Assembly (NCBI RefSeq): GCF_000017845.1
Contig: NC_010546.1
Span: 2,760,001 to 2,792,000 of the forward strand
DNA from: Crocosphaera subtropica ATCC 51142
GTDB lineage: Bacteria > Cyanobacteriota > Cyanobacteriia > Cyanobacteriales > Microcystaceae
Direction of reading: 5' to 3'
Length of the DNA stretch: 32,000 nucleotides
Shown here: positions 9,691 through 17,584 of the stretch, piece by piece
Layout of the letters: every line of letters begins with the position of its first letter
How positions within the stretch are numbered: position 1 is the stretch's first letter
Made by a program: the position numbers and the translations under genes
Notes under the pieces: generated by a model
Seen by the model: only the letters and a program-made list of their open reading frames with translations
Databases searched by the model: none
Told to the model about the DNA's origin: nothing

Positions 9691-9884
9691 GATCGTAAGA
9701 TAAAGTAAAATGAATAACTATAAATAATCGTAACATAAAAAAATATTGATTATCAAAAGTTAATAGACTGCATATAATTTTAATATTTTGATAATGAGTT
9801 ATCATTTATTAACAAAAAAATAGAAAGAAATTGACCCTAATCAGTTACAATGACTACAGAATTCTCCGATAAGGTAAAGTCGCT

Positions 9885-10223
9885 ATGAAGCAAAGTCGTA
9901 GCCAAGGAATGGAAATCCAGAAGCTAACAGGACTAGAACCGAGACATTTCGCAGATTTAGTCAGAGCATCTCAACTGGTTTTTGACCCCACAGGAGGGGT
10001 TTTTGGAAGACATTTGCACGTTGATTGGTCTATTTTTGGATTATCCCCTCATATTATTGATAACTTGAGACAATTAGGGGAAAAGTATCAATATGCGTCT
10101 CCTCATGTTTCGATGGAAATTATTTGGGTTCAACTAACTCCAGAAACCCGTAGTTGGTTTATCGAACATAAAGATACTTTATGGCAAATAGAAGAAGCCT
10201 TTCCCCCTATTGATGAGGATTAA
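9885..10223 (+). CDS. Hypothetical protein
   Basis: 112-aa ORF followed by a terminator-like hairpin plus T-tract at 10247-10306. No recognisable motif. An alternative start is Met9. Confidence 0.45.
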   Translation: MKQSRSQGMEIQKLTGLEPRHFADLVRASQLVFDPTGGVFGRHLHVDWSIFGLSPHIIDNLRQLGEKYQYASPHVSMEIIWVQLTPETRSWFIEHKDTLWQIEEAFPPIDED

Positions 10224-10246
10224 AGTTTCGTAGACTTAGTTATTTT

Positions 10247-10306
10247 GTCCCGCAAAAGATTGATTGAATGTTTTACAATTTTAGTCAAGAAATGCGGGAC
10301 TTTTTT
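10247..10306 (+). terminator. Terminator-like stem (large loop) plus T6
   Basis: GTCCCGCA (10247-10254) pairs with TGCGGGAC (10293-10300) and is followed by TTTTTT (10301-10306). The loop is about 38 nt, so it is not a textbook intrinsic terminator. Confidence 0.4.
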
Positions 10307-10308
10307 AG

Positions 10309-10563
10309 TTACTTATATTTTAGTTTCAAAATGAGAATAGGAAACGCCAAAATAAAAGTAGCAACATTGGTCATAATCACAGGAATATCTCTCATAAATA
10401 AACCGTAAATAATCCACAATAAAAGACCACTACAAAACAACAAAAACATTTCTAACGAAATATCTTTAGTGGAACGGGTTTTCCAAGTCTTTAGCATTTG
10501 GGGAAAAAAAGAAATGGTGGTTAAGGTTCCTGCTAATAAACCAATCCAAGTAATAGAATTCAT
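10309..10563 (-). CDS. SemiSWEET (PQ-loop/MtN3-type) 3-TM sugar transporter
   Basis: 84 aa, three TM helices, with FFPQMLKTWKTRSTKDIS (PQ-loop motif). Confidence 0.8.
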   Translation of the reverse strand: MNSITWIGLLAGTLTTISFFPQMLKTWKTRSTKDISLEMFLLFCSGLLLWIIYGLFMRDIPVIMTNVATFILAFPILILKLKYK

Positions 10564-10684
10564 AGGTCAGTCATAAGTCTTAATCAACGGATAATAATAA
10601 CAAAAATGTAATCATTATTATTTCTGTGACTAAATTTAAGGTAAACTCAGGATAATTGCTATTAAATCATTAATATTAATCTTT

Positions 10685-11389
10685 ATGAACCAGTCTACCC
10701 CTTATGTCTCTAACCAGCAAAAATTACAACAGTTAATGGAGGAGGCCGAAATTGCTAATTTCGAGCAATTAAGTCAATTGTCTGGGGTTTCTCAATGGCA
10801 GTTAAATCGACTATTAACCGGGTTACTTCCTAAATTACCCATTACAGACCTTCTTAAGCTATCTCAGGTGTTAAAAATCTCTCTAGAACAGTTGTTATTA
10901 CAGTTTGAAACCACGGAATCTTTGAGTGCAGATTGGGAAATTGCTAGTCAAGGTATTTCGGCTAATATTGACAGTAATGCTATGGCGTTACAACAGGAAT
11001 ATAAACAGTTACAACAGCAACTGAATCAACAAAAAGAGCGATTAGAAAAGGAATTTCAAGGCTCTAGCATTGCTGCTTTGGAATCTTGGTTATTACAGTG
11101 GCCAACCGCTGCAATTGTCGCTCAAAAGAATCCTGAAATTTCTGCAGTTAAATTATTACCCTTAGTGAAACCCATTTTTGAATTACTCAAACAATGGGGA
11201 CTGGAAATGAAGGGAAGTGTCGGAGAAGTGGTTTCTTATAATCCTCAGTTGCATCAACTATTAGAAGGGGGAGGCCATGCTGAACCGGGTGATCCCGTGA
11301 TCATTCGCTATGTGGGATATAGTCACGACCATAAACTTTTGTATCGTGCCAAGGTCAGTCCTGTTAAGAAAGAAGAGACAACTAGCTAA
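10685..11389 (+). CDS. XRE-type HTH fused to a GrpE-like coiled-coil and beta-domain
   Basis: N-terminus FEQLSQLSGVSQWQLNRLLTG (HTH). Central Q/L-rich helix. C-terminus GEVVSYNPQLHQLLE...PGDPVIIRYVGYSHDHKLLYRAKVS follows the GrpE C-terminal pattern (G..fdP..H.a...V.....GY....vlR.A.V.V). Confidence 0.65.
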   Translation: MNQSTPYVSNQQKLQQLMEEAEIANFEQLSQLSGVSQWQLNRLLTGLLPKLPITDLLKLSQVLKISLEQLLLQFETTESLSADWEIASQGISANIDSNAMALQQEYKQLQQQLNQQKERLEKEFQGSSIAALESWLLQWPTAAIVAQKNPEISAVKLLPLVKPIFELLKQWGLEMKGSVGEVVSYNPQLHQLLEGGGHAEPGDPVIIRYVGYSHDHKLLYRAKVSPVKKEETTS

Positions 11390-11541
11390 TTTTCGTTACA
11401 AATATTGACAAATTACCGACTTTTTTTCGGGGTTAGAGGCTATTTTTGTCAAAGTTGTCTGACATTTCCTCAAAAAACCCTATTTCGTTACATTTGATAC
11501 TTACTTTTACTGTGACCTCTTTCTATGCTTAATGGCTAAGG

Positions 11542-12012
11542 TTGCTGTTAAGTTTCACTTCAACACATCCTTTTGTTGAATTGGTAATCATTAATTTTAT
11601 GGCCCACCATGGAATTTTCATGTTGTTAGAGAAATATCCTCAACTACGGCCAATGATTAAGCAGGGTCGCTATTTACTCGGATATACGGATGGCAGTTGC
11701 GACGGTAAACAGATACCAGTATTTTTATTGCGTTCTCCCTGGACTCAATTTTGTATCTGGGCGAGTACAAATGAATTAGCTATACCAGCCGGAGGGGTTT
11801 TGGTTGTTACCGATGATCCTGAGTGGAGTGTAGAGAGTCACTGGAAAGCATACAGTTTAGTAACCCCTGCTTCTACTCACCCATCCCTGCAAAATCGTCG
11901 TCAGAAACGTTCAAACCCTGTCTCACCCATGACCACCCTTGCAGCCGAAATTGCCACCGAAGCAGCCCAAAATACTCGCATTCAGGGACATAATATGAGT
12001 CCTGCGACTTAA
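11542..12012 (+). CDS. Hypothetical protein
   Basis: The track ORF starts at TTG 11542; the first ATG is at 11599 ([15 protein letters not shown]...). No recognisable motif. Its stop shares the tetranucleotide TTAA with the convergent hypE stop. Confidence 0.4.
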   Translation: MLLSFTSTHPFVELVIINFMAHHGIFMLLEKYPQLRPMIKQGRYLLGYTDGSCDGKQIPVFLLRSPWTQFCIWASTNELAIPAGGVLVVTDDPEWSVESHWKAYSLVTPASTHPSLQNRRQKRSNPVSPMTTLAAEIATEAAQNTRIQGHNMSPAT

Positions 12013-13055
12013 CATATTCTGGGTAATTGTTCTCCGCTTAACATATCAACAATGCGCTGAGAACCGATTTTACTTTCTAAAGTAACTAAACCCATACCTG
12101 TTCCCTTGCCAGTTACTTCCCCAATAACAGAAGCGTCTTGAGAAAAAGATTTCATAATTTCCAAGGCACCTTTAACTGAGTTTTGCGGAATAAAAGCGAC
12201 AAATTTCCCCTCGTTGGCAACATAGAGGGGATCAAACCCTAAAATTTCACAGGCCCCTTGTACATCTTCTTGAACAGCGATCGCTCTTTCTTTGATATTG
12301 ATAGTAACTTCAGCACTGGTTGCAATTTCATTTAATGCACTGGCTAAACCCCCTCTGGTTAAGTCCCTTAAACAATGAATTTCTATGTCTTGATTAAGCA
12401 TTTCTAAAACAATATTATGAAGCGGCGCACAGTCACTTTCGATGGTGGTTTCTAACTCTAATCCTTCCCTGAGTGCCATAATAGAAATGCCATGACGACC
12501 AATATCTCCATTGATTAAAATAGCATCCCCTGGGTGAACAAATTGAGGGGCAATGCTTTGATTATGTTCAATAATGCCGACTCCTGCGGTGTTAATAAAA
12601 ATTCCATCTCCTTTACCACGATCAACAACTTTTGTATCTCCTGTAACAACCTGAATATTTGCTCTGTTGGCTGCTTTTTTTAAGGACTGAATCACTCGCC
12701 ATAATGTTTCCATGGGTAGTCCTTCTTCGATAATCAATCCTAAACTTAAATAAAGGGGATGTGCGCCACTCATGGCGAGATCGTTGACGGTTCCATTGAT
12801 GGCTAAACTGCCAATATCTCCCCCAGGAAAAAAAAGTGGATGAATGACATAAGAATCCGTTGTAAAGGCGATTTTAGACCCAGGAAGGTTAATGACAGCA
12901 GCGTCATGGGGAGGAATGTCTTGAGGCAGCTTAAAGGTGGAAAAAACCATTTTTTCCAGTAACTGCTGCATCAGTTTCCCCCCTCCTCCATGAGCGAGTA
13001 AAACTTGCGGATATTTATCCAAAGGAATGGGACAAGATACATTAAAATCGTTCAT
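12009..13055 (-). CDS. hypE: [NiFe]-hydrogenase maturation protein HypE
   Basis: 348 aa, AIR-synthase-like fold, [14 protein letters not shown] near the N-terminus, and the diagnostic C-terminal PRIC motif. Confidence 0.92.
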   Translation of the reverse strand: MNDFNVSCPIPLDKYPQVLLAHGGGGKLMQQLLEKMVFSTFKLPQDIPPHDAAVINLPGSKIAFTTDSYVIHPLFFPGGDIGSLAINGTVNDLAMSGAHPLYLSLGLIIEEGLPMETLWRVIQSLKKAANRANIQVVTGDTKVVDRGKGDGIFINTAGVGIIEHNQSIAPQFVHPGDAILINGDIGRHGISIMALREGLELETTIESDCAPLHNIVLEMLNQDIEIHCLRDLTRGGLASALNEIATSAEVTINIKERAIAVQEDVQGACEILGFDPLYVANEGKFVAFIPQNSVKGALEIMKSFSQDASVIGEVTGKGTGMGLVTLESKIGSQRIVDMLSGEQLPRIC

Positions 13056-13152
13056 TTTAGATAATCAATCTCTAATTTATGCGTATATGAATTATAGAAA
13101 TTGATCACAGTTACAGTATCTAGAAAAAAGCTTAAAATCTTAACAGTATGAT

Positions 13153-13728
13153 TTACCAAACCATTGCTAAATCTAAAACAAATTCAGGTAAAATATCTTC
13201 ACCCGATAAAAATATTGGCTCATTTAACACTTCTTTAGATTTTCCTTGACGATAAATCTCAACTTGTTGATCTTTACGATTAATTAACCACCCTAACTTA
13301 ACGCCATTGGCTTGATATTCTGCCATTTTTTCCTGTGTATTTTTTACACTATCACTAGGGGACATTAATTCTAAAACAAAATCAGGGGCAATAGGGGGAA
13401 ATTTCTCTTTTTGTTCGAGGGTTAATTGATTCCATCTTTCTAACTTTATCCAAGATACATCGGGCGATCGTTCTGCACCATTAGGAAATTTAAAACAAGT
13501 ATTAGAATCAAAGACTTTCCCTAATTTTGTTTGACGATTCCAGAATACAAATTCAGCATTAATCTCTGAATTACGGTTTCCTGTTTCTCCTCCTGTGGGT
13601 GGCATAATCATTAATTCTCCCTTAGCATTCCGTTCAAAATTGATCTCAGGATTTTTACGACACAGTTGATAAAACTGTTCATCGGTCATTTTGCCAAGGG
13701 GTTCTAAATTAATCGTATAAGTAATCAT
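13153..13728 (-). CDS. Uma2-family (DUF820) restriction-endonuclease-fold protein
   Basis: 191 aa. EINFERNAKGELMIMPPTGGETGNRNSEI...PDVSW...APDFVLELMSPSD...K...Y...GVKLGWLI is the typical Uma2 PD-(D/E)xK-like layout. Confidence 0.85.
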   Translation of the reverse strand: MITYTINLEPLGKMTDEQFYQLCRKNPEINFERNAKGELMIMPPTGGETGNRNSEINAEFVFWNRQTKLGKVFDSNTCFKFPNGAERSPDVSWIKLERWNQLTLEQKEKFPPIAPDFVLELMSPSDSVKNTQEKMAEYQANGVKLGWLINRKDQQVEIYRQGKSKEVLNEPIFLSGEDILPEFVLDLAMVW

Positions 13729-13930
13729 TTTAAGCCTAACCCTAATAATGCTAACATCCTAACAGGTTTTGAAGTCGCCTGAATGGTCTTAATGGTTACT
13801 TGAAGAGATAGAGAGGCTAAGGGTATTATATTATTTCTTTACGGTGAATGGGATAGGTATGGAATCGAGTTAAATCTTTATCACTAAATGTTATAATTAC
13901 TAAATATCACCCTGGTTTGTTTCTCGATTT

Positions 13931-14347
13931 ATGTCTGCTAAAGATATTTTTCATAGTGCAGTGAGAAAAGGATTAGAAAAAGAGGGATGGATCGTTACAG
14001 ATGACCCTTTAAGAATTGAAGTCGGTGATGTTGAAATGTATGTTGATTTAGGAGCAGAACAACTTTTAGCAGCAGAAAGGAATACTGAAAAAATTGCGGT
14101 TGAAATTAAAAGTTTTATAGGAAAATCTAGTATTTCAGAATTTCATACAGCCATTGGGCAATGTTTAAATTATCGCATTGCTTTAGAAGAAAAAGAACCA
14201 GAAAGGCAGTTATATTTAGCGATTCCCTTAGATATTTATTATAGTTTTTTTGAATTACGATTTATTCAAACAGTCCTTAAACGATTGCAAATTTCTTTAA
14301 TTATTTATGATGCTATTGAGGAGGTTATTGTTACATGGAAAAATTAG
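13931..14347 (+). CDS. xisH: XisH family protein
   Basis: MSAKDIFHSAVRKGLEKEGWIVTDDPLRIEVGDVEMYVDLGAE...IAVEIKSF is the characteristic XisH N-terminus. It overlaps xisI by 13 nt. Confidence 0.88.
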   Translation: MSAKDIFHSAVRKGLEKEGWIVTDDPLRIEVGDVEMYVDLGAEQLLAAERNTEKIAVEIKSFIGKSSISEFHTAIGQCLNYRIALEEKEPERQLYLAIPLDIYYSFFELRFIQTVLKRLQISLIIYDAIEEVIVTWKN

Positions 14348-14670
14348 AAAAATATCGTCACTATGTTAAACAAGTTATTACTGAATATTCTCAATTAGGT
14401 TCATCAAAAGATCCCATAGAACAACAGTTAATTTTTGACACCGTTAATGATCACTATCAATTGATGTATGTTGGTTGGAAAAATAGACGAAGATATCATG
14501 GTTGTGTTTTACATCTGGATATTAAAAATGGCAAAATTTGGATTCAACATGATGGAACGGAGGTGGGCATGGCTAATCAATTAGTTAAATTAGGTGTTCC
14601 TAAAGAAGATATTGTCTTAGCTTTTCATGAACCTTTACTTAGAGAATATACAGGGTTTGCAGTGGGTTGA
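14335..14670 (+). CDS. xisI: XisI family protein
   Basis: 111 aa. MEKLEKYRHYVKQVITEYSQ...DHYQLMYVGW...YHGCVLHLDIKNGKIWIQHDGTE is the characteristic XisI pattern. Confidence 0.88.
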   Translation: MEKLEKYRHYVKQVITEYSQLGSSKDPIEQQLIFDTVNDHYQLMYVGWKNRRRYHGCVLHLDIKNGKIWIQHDGTEVGMANQLVKLGVPKEDIVLAFHEPLLREYTGFAVG

Positions 14671-14675
14671 TTTGA

Positions 14676-15389
14676 TTAATCCAGATTACACTCTAGCTTT
14701 ACCCCTTTAAATAATAACCACAAACAAAGAGAAAATTCAGCGACTACTGCTGAAATAATCACTAACCAAGACGTAATTTCTGTATAATTAGGTAAGAGAA
14801 AATTAGCAAAACTATCCATTAAATAACCAAAACAGGCTACCATTAACCCGAAGCCTAAAAGTTTAGGAAAATAATATGAATTTACCATTAAATAACCCAG
14901 TAAAAAACAATGAATTCCAAAAAAGACTAAGGCGATGAGATAGCCATAATTATGAATATTGAGAAAGAGTAAAACTAAAGCATATAATTGATTCGTTTCA
15001 AAATTTTTTAGGTAATTAGCATGACTGATAAGTATTAAAGGGATAAAAAAATTCAGTAAGTTTATTCCTAAAATAGCATCTTGCATTAACCTGAAACTTA
15101 CTGTCAGTAAAGCTATATTTTTATTAACTGATTTGAGTAAAATGTAAAAAATGATAGCGACAATCACATCACAAAGAATCATAATTAGATCACTAAGAAA
15201 ACCTAAACGAAATAGGAATATAGAATCCATAATATTTGTAGCAGTTGTCACTGCATCTTCTGGAATAATAAGATGAGAACGAACATACATCTCGCTAAAC
15301 AAACCACAAACAATAATAATTAAATATAAAACCCCTGCAACTCTTGCATAAAGCAATGGAGAGGTTTTAATTTTATCATTTATAATCAT
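14676..15389 (-). CDS. DUF4386-family integral membrane protein
   Basis: 237 aa, about 6 TM helices. The N-terminal ARVAGVLYLIIIVCGLFSEMYVRS...DAVTTATNI is typical of DUF4386. The gene is visibly AT-rich. Confidence 0.7.
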   Translation of the reverse strand: MIINDKIKTSPLLYARVAGVLYLIIIVCGLFSEMYVRSHLIIPEDAVTTATNIMDSIFLFRLGFLSDLIMILCDVIVAIIFYILLKSVNKNIALLTVSFRLMQDAILGINLLNFFIPLILISHANYLKNFETNQLYALVLLFLNIHNYGYLIALVFFGIHCFLLGYLMVNSYYFPKLLGFGLMVACFGYLMDSFANFLLPNYTEITSWLVIISAVVAEFSLCLWLLFKGVKLECNLD

Positions 15390-15523
15390 ATTAATATCAA
15401 TAATTCTAACAGTTAGATTAAGTCTTCAAAAACAGAGTTTTTGGGAAATAGGAGTAGCCTAAAATTAGACCCAGTTTAACCTAACTATTAGAATATTACA
15501 GTGAATTGGAAAAATACGAGAGA

Positions 15524-15985
15524 TTAGTTGAGAAAAGCCCCACTTAATTTGGCTCCGATTAAGTTAGTTTGTTCTAAATTAACCCCTGTTAAATCAGCCC
15601 CTCTAAGATCAGCCCCCATCAAATTTGCTCCTTCTAAGTGAGTATTGGTTAAGTTGGCTCCTCCTAAATTTGCCCCACTCAGATCCGCTTCTCTTAAATC
15701 AGCCCCACTTAAGTCAGCCCCACTTAAATCAATATCGATCATTTCTGCACCGATGAGACAAGCTTGAATCATATTGGCATGAGTTAGATTAGATTGATTC
15801 AATTTAGCTTGGTTTAAATGGGCATCTGTTAAGGCAACCCCTTTTAAATCTGCTAAGATCAACTCTGCCCCTTCTAAGTGGACTCCAACCAAATTAGCAT
15901 CACACAGACAAACGTGAACTAAAGTGACTCGACTAAAATCTCGTTCTCCGGCTGCATATCTTTTCAACATTTCTTGAGCGTTCAT
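15524..15985 (-). CDS. Pentapeptide-repeat protein
   Basis: Continuous A(D/N)LxG pentads, e.g. DLSGADLSGADLREADLSGANLGGANLTNTHLEGANLMGADLRGADLTG. GAGGA Shine-Dalgarno about 8 nt upstream. Confidence 0.9.
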   Translation of the reverse strand: MNAQEMLKRYAAGERDFSRVTLVHVCLCDANLVGVHLEGAELILADLKGVALTDAHLNQAKLNQSNLTHANMIQACLIGAEMIDIDLSGADLSGADLREADLSGANLGGANLTNTHLEGANLMGADLRGADLTGVNLEQTNLIGAKLSGAFLN

Positions 15986-16015
15986 GTTAATTTCCTCGTT
16001 GTTTATTGGTGTTTT

Positions 16016-16225
16016 TTATGTGTTGTAAGCGGGCATTTCTTGATGGCAGTGACTACAATACCAGTAGAGACCTCGCCAATCGACATGGCGTAACAAAATA
16101 TAAGAACAGCAAGGACAACTATGCTGATGGCTCATAGATTGGTCATATCTAGTGGTGTTTCTATGATGATCACGACAAGAAGAATAATGAAAGTTTTGAG
16201 AAGATTTTTTAAAAAGCGTTAGCAT
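16016..16225 (-). CDS. Small Cys/His-rich zinc-ribbon-like protein
   Basis: CPCC...(18 aa)...CSHC gives two Cys pairs. It lies 30 nt upstream of the pentapeptide gene. The real start may be Met31 (ATG 16135-16133), giving 39 aa. Confidence 0.5.
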   Translation of the reverse strand: MLTLFKKSSQNFHYSSCRDHHRNTTRYDQSMSHQHSCPCCSYILLRHVDWRGLYWYCSHCHQEMPAYNT

Positions 16226-16655
16226 TATTTACCCGATTGGGATGAGAATGTTCTCTTTCTTAGCAAGAAAACACAGACTTCTCTCTCACAGGACGTAGAG
16301 TTTTATATCTATAGAGAAAAAAGTCTATTTCGTTCGACACATACCCGAAAACTATTCTCAAGTAACTACACCTTAACGTAGTATTTTAAATCCTTACAAC
16401 AAAGACACAAAACTTTATACTTTCTTGGACAAAGTTACCCTTTTATCAAAAAAAATAACTCCTTATAATAAAAATTTAGACAAAAAGCCAGAATGCAAAA
16501 AAACTGATAATTGAAGCAAATCTAATTATTTTCGAGAGAAAAATATTTAAAATTGAGAGAAAAATAGGGAGAATTTTTTAAAGAGAGAAAAAAAGACTTA
16601 GGTAATTTTAGTGAAAATGTGTTAGAATTAGATTTTAGCAAGAGGTTACAAAATT

Positions 16656-16955
16656 ATGCCCAATAATAGTATAGAAAGCAGGGCAGTAGCACGTCCCCCT
16701 AGTGATGGCAGTGAGTTAATTCCTGCTGAAGTTTCAAGAAATTTTAGTAATAGTGGCAATCAGTCTCCTGATCCCGTTCTGAAAGATGGCTACACCAGAG
16801 ATGATGAAGGAATCATCAATAACTATGCCATCGAACCAGATGAGTACCAAGCAGATTATCCTGCACCTTATCAACAAAGACGTTATCTTTTTCAAGGAGC
16901 GATCGCAGTTGTCTTCATTGGTTGTATAATCTGGGTTGCTTTTATTGTCAGCTAA
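16656..16955 (+). CDS. Psb34 / ssl1498-family light-harvesting-like single-TM protein (tentative)
   Basis: 99 aa. The motif DDEGIINNYAIEPDEYQ followed by one C-terminal TM helix (GAIAVVFIGCIIWVAFIV) matches my recollection of the Psb34/ssl1498 family. Confidence 0.5.
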   Translation: MPNNSIESRAVARPPSDGSELIPAEVSRNFSNSGNQSPDPVLKDGYTRDDEGIINNYAIEPDEYQADYPAPYQQRRYLFQGAIAVVFIGCIIWVAFIVS

Positions 16956-17140
16956 GTTGATCTCTCCCTAGTACGCTTTAAGTCAATTTAGAGACCCTAG
17001 GGTTATTACCCTGAGCGTGCCATATTCGCTCAGTGGCTGGACTCATAATTGAGATAACATTTTAGAGTTTGAATTGTCTAAAATTTACACAAATCTTTTC
17101 TTTCTTTAAAAGTCTGAAACAATAACTATTAAAGGAGGCA

Positions 17141-17443
17141 ATGATGTCTTCAAATATAAACGAAGGAATACTTTTTACTATCATTTGTGAAGCCTTTTTA
17201 CAAGATCGTCTTGTACACCTATTACAAACCATTGGAGTTTCTGGTTACACAATTATTCCTGCACAGGGTGCCGGTAGTCATGGTAAGCGCATGGGTGATA
17301 TTGCTGGATACAACACCAATATTGAAGTCAAAACAATTGTTACCCCAGAGAAATCTGATCAATTATTAGATGCACTCGATCACTTTGAGATAAGTCACGC
17401 CTTGATTGCATTTCGGCAAAAAGTAGACGGTTTATTTGATTAA
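17141..17443 (+). CDS. PII-fold signalling protein, SbtB-like subgroup
   Basis: 100 aa. The beta-alpha-beta / T-loop / beta-alpha-beta layout reads as ILFTIICEAFLQDRLVHLLQTIGVSGYTIIPAQGAGSHGKRMGDIAGYNTNIEVKTIV. Compare the SbtB pattern GYTV...G.GS...loop...I.fEilt. It lacks the GlnB B-loop TGxxGDGKIF. Strong AAGGAGG Shine-Dalgarno 4 nt upstream. Confidence 0.65.
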   Translation: MMSSNINEGILFTIICEAFLQDRLVHLLQTIGVSGYTIIPAQGAGSHGKRMGDIAGYNTNIEVKTIVTPEKSDQLLDALDHFEISHALIAFRQKVDGLFD

Positions 17444-17476
17444 TAGAAGTAAATTAACAAAAAACGGAGAATTATT

Positions 17477-17584
17477 ATGTCAGAAGAAAGAAAAGGCAAT
17501 AGAGAATCTAAAAAGCCTAAACAAAAAGCTAAAGGGTATAAAAAGCCTAAAAAAGATCCCAAACGACATGATGCAGTAGATTAA
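17477..17584 (+). CDS. Unannotated 35-aa lysine-rich micro-ORF
   Basis: ATG at 17477 preceded by GGAG (17466-17469, 7-nt spacer). Product MSEERKGNRESKKPKQKAKGYKKPKKDPKRHDAVD, stop TAA 17582-17584. An in-frame stop at 17450 bounds the ORF upstream. It is below the ORF-track length cutoff. Confidence 0.35.
   Translation: MSEERKGNRESKKPKQKAKGYKKPKKDPKRHDAVD

Noticed and set aside
17187-17369. 60-aa ORF in an alternative frame of the PII-like gene
   Set aside because: It is on the same strand but out of frame, nested in the ORF that has the strong Shine-Dalgarno and PII-like pattern. Nothing supports it independently.
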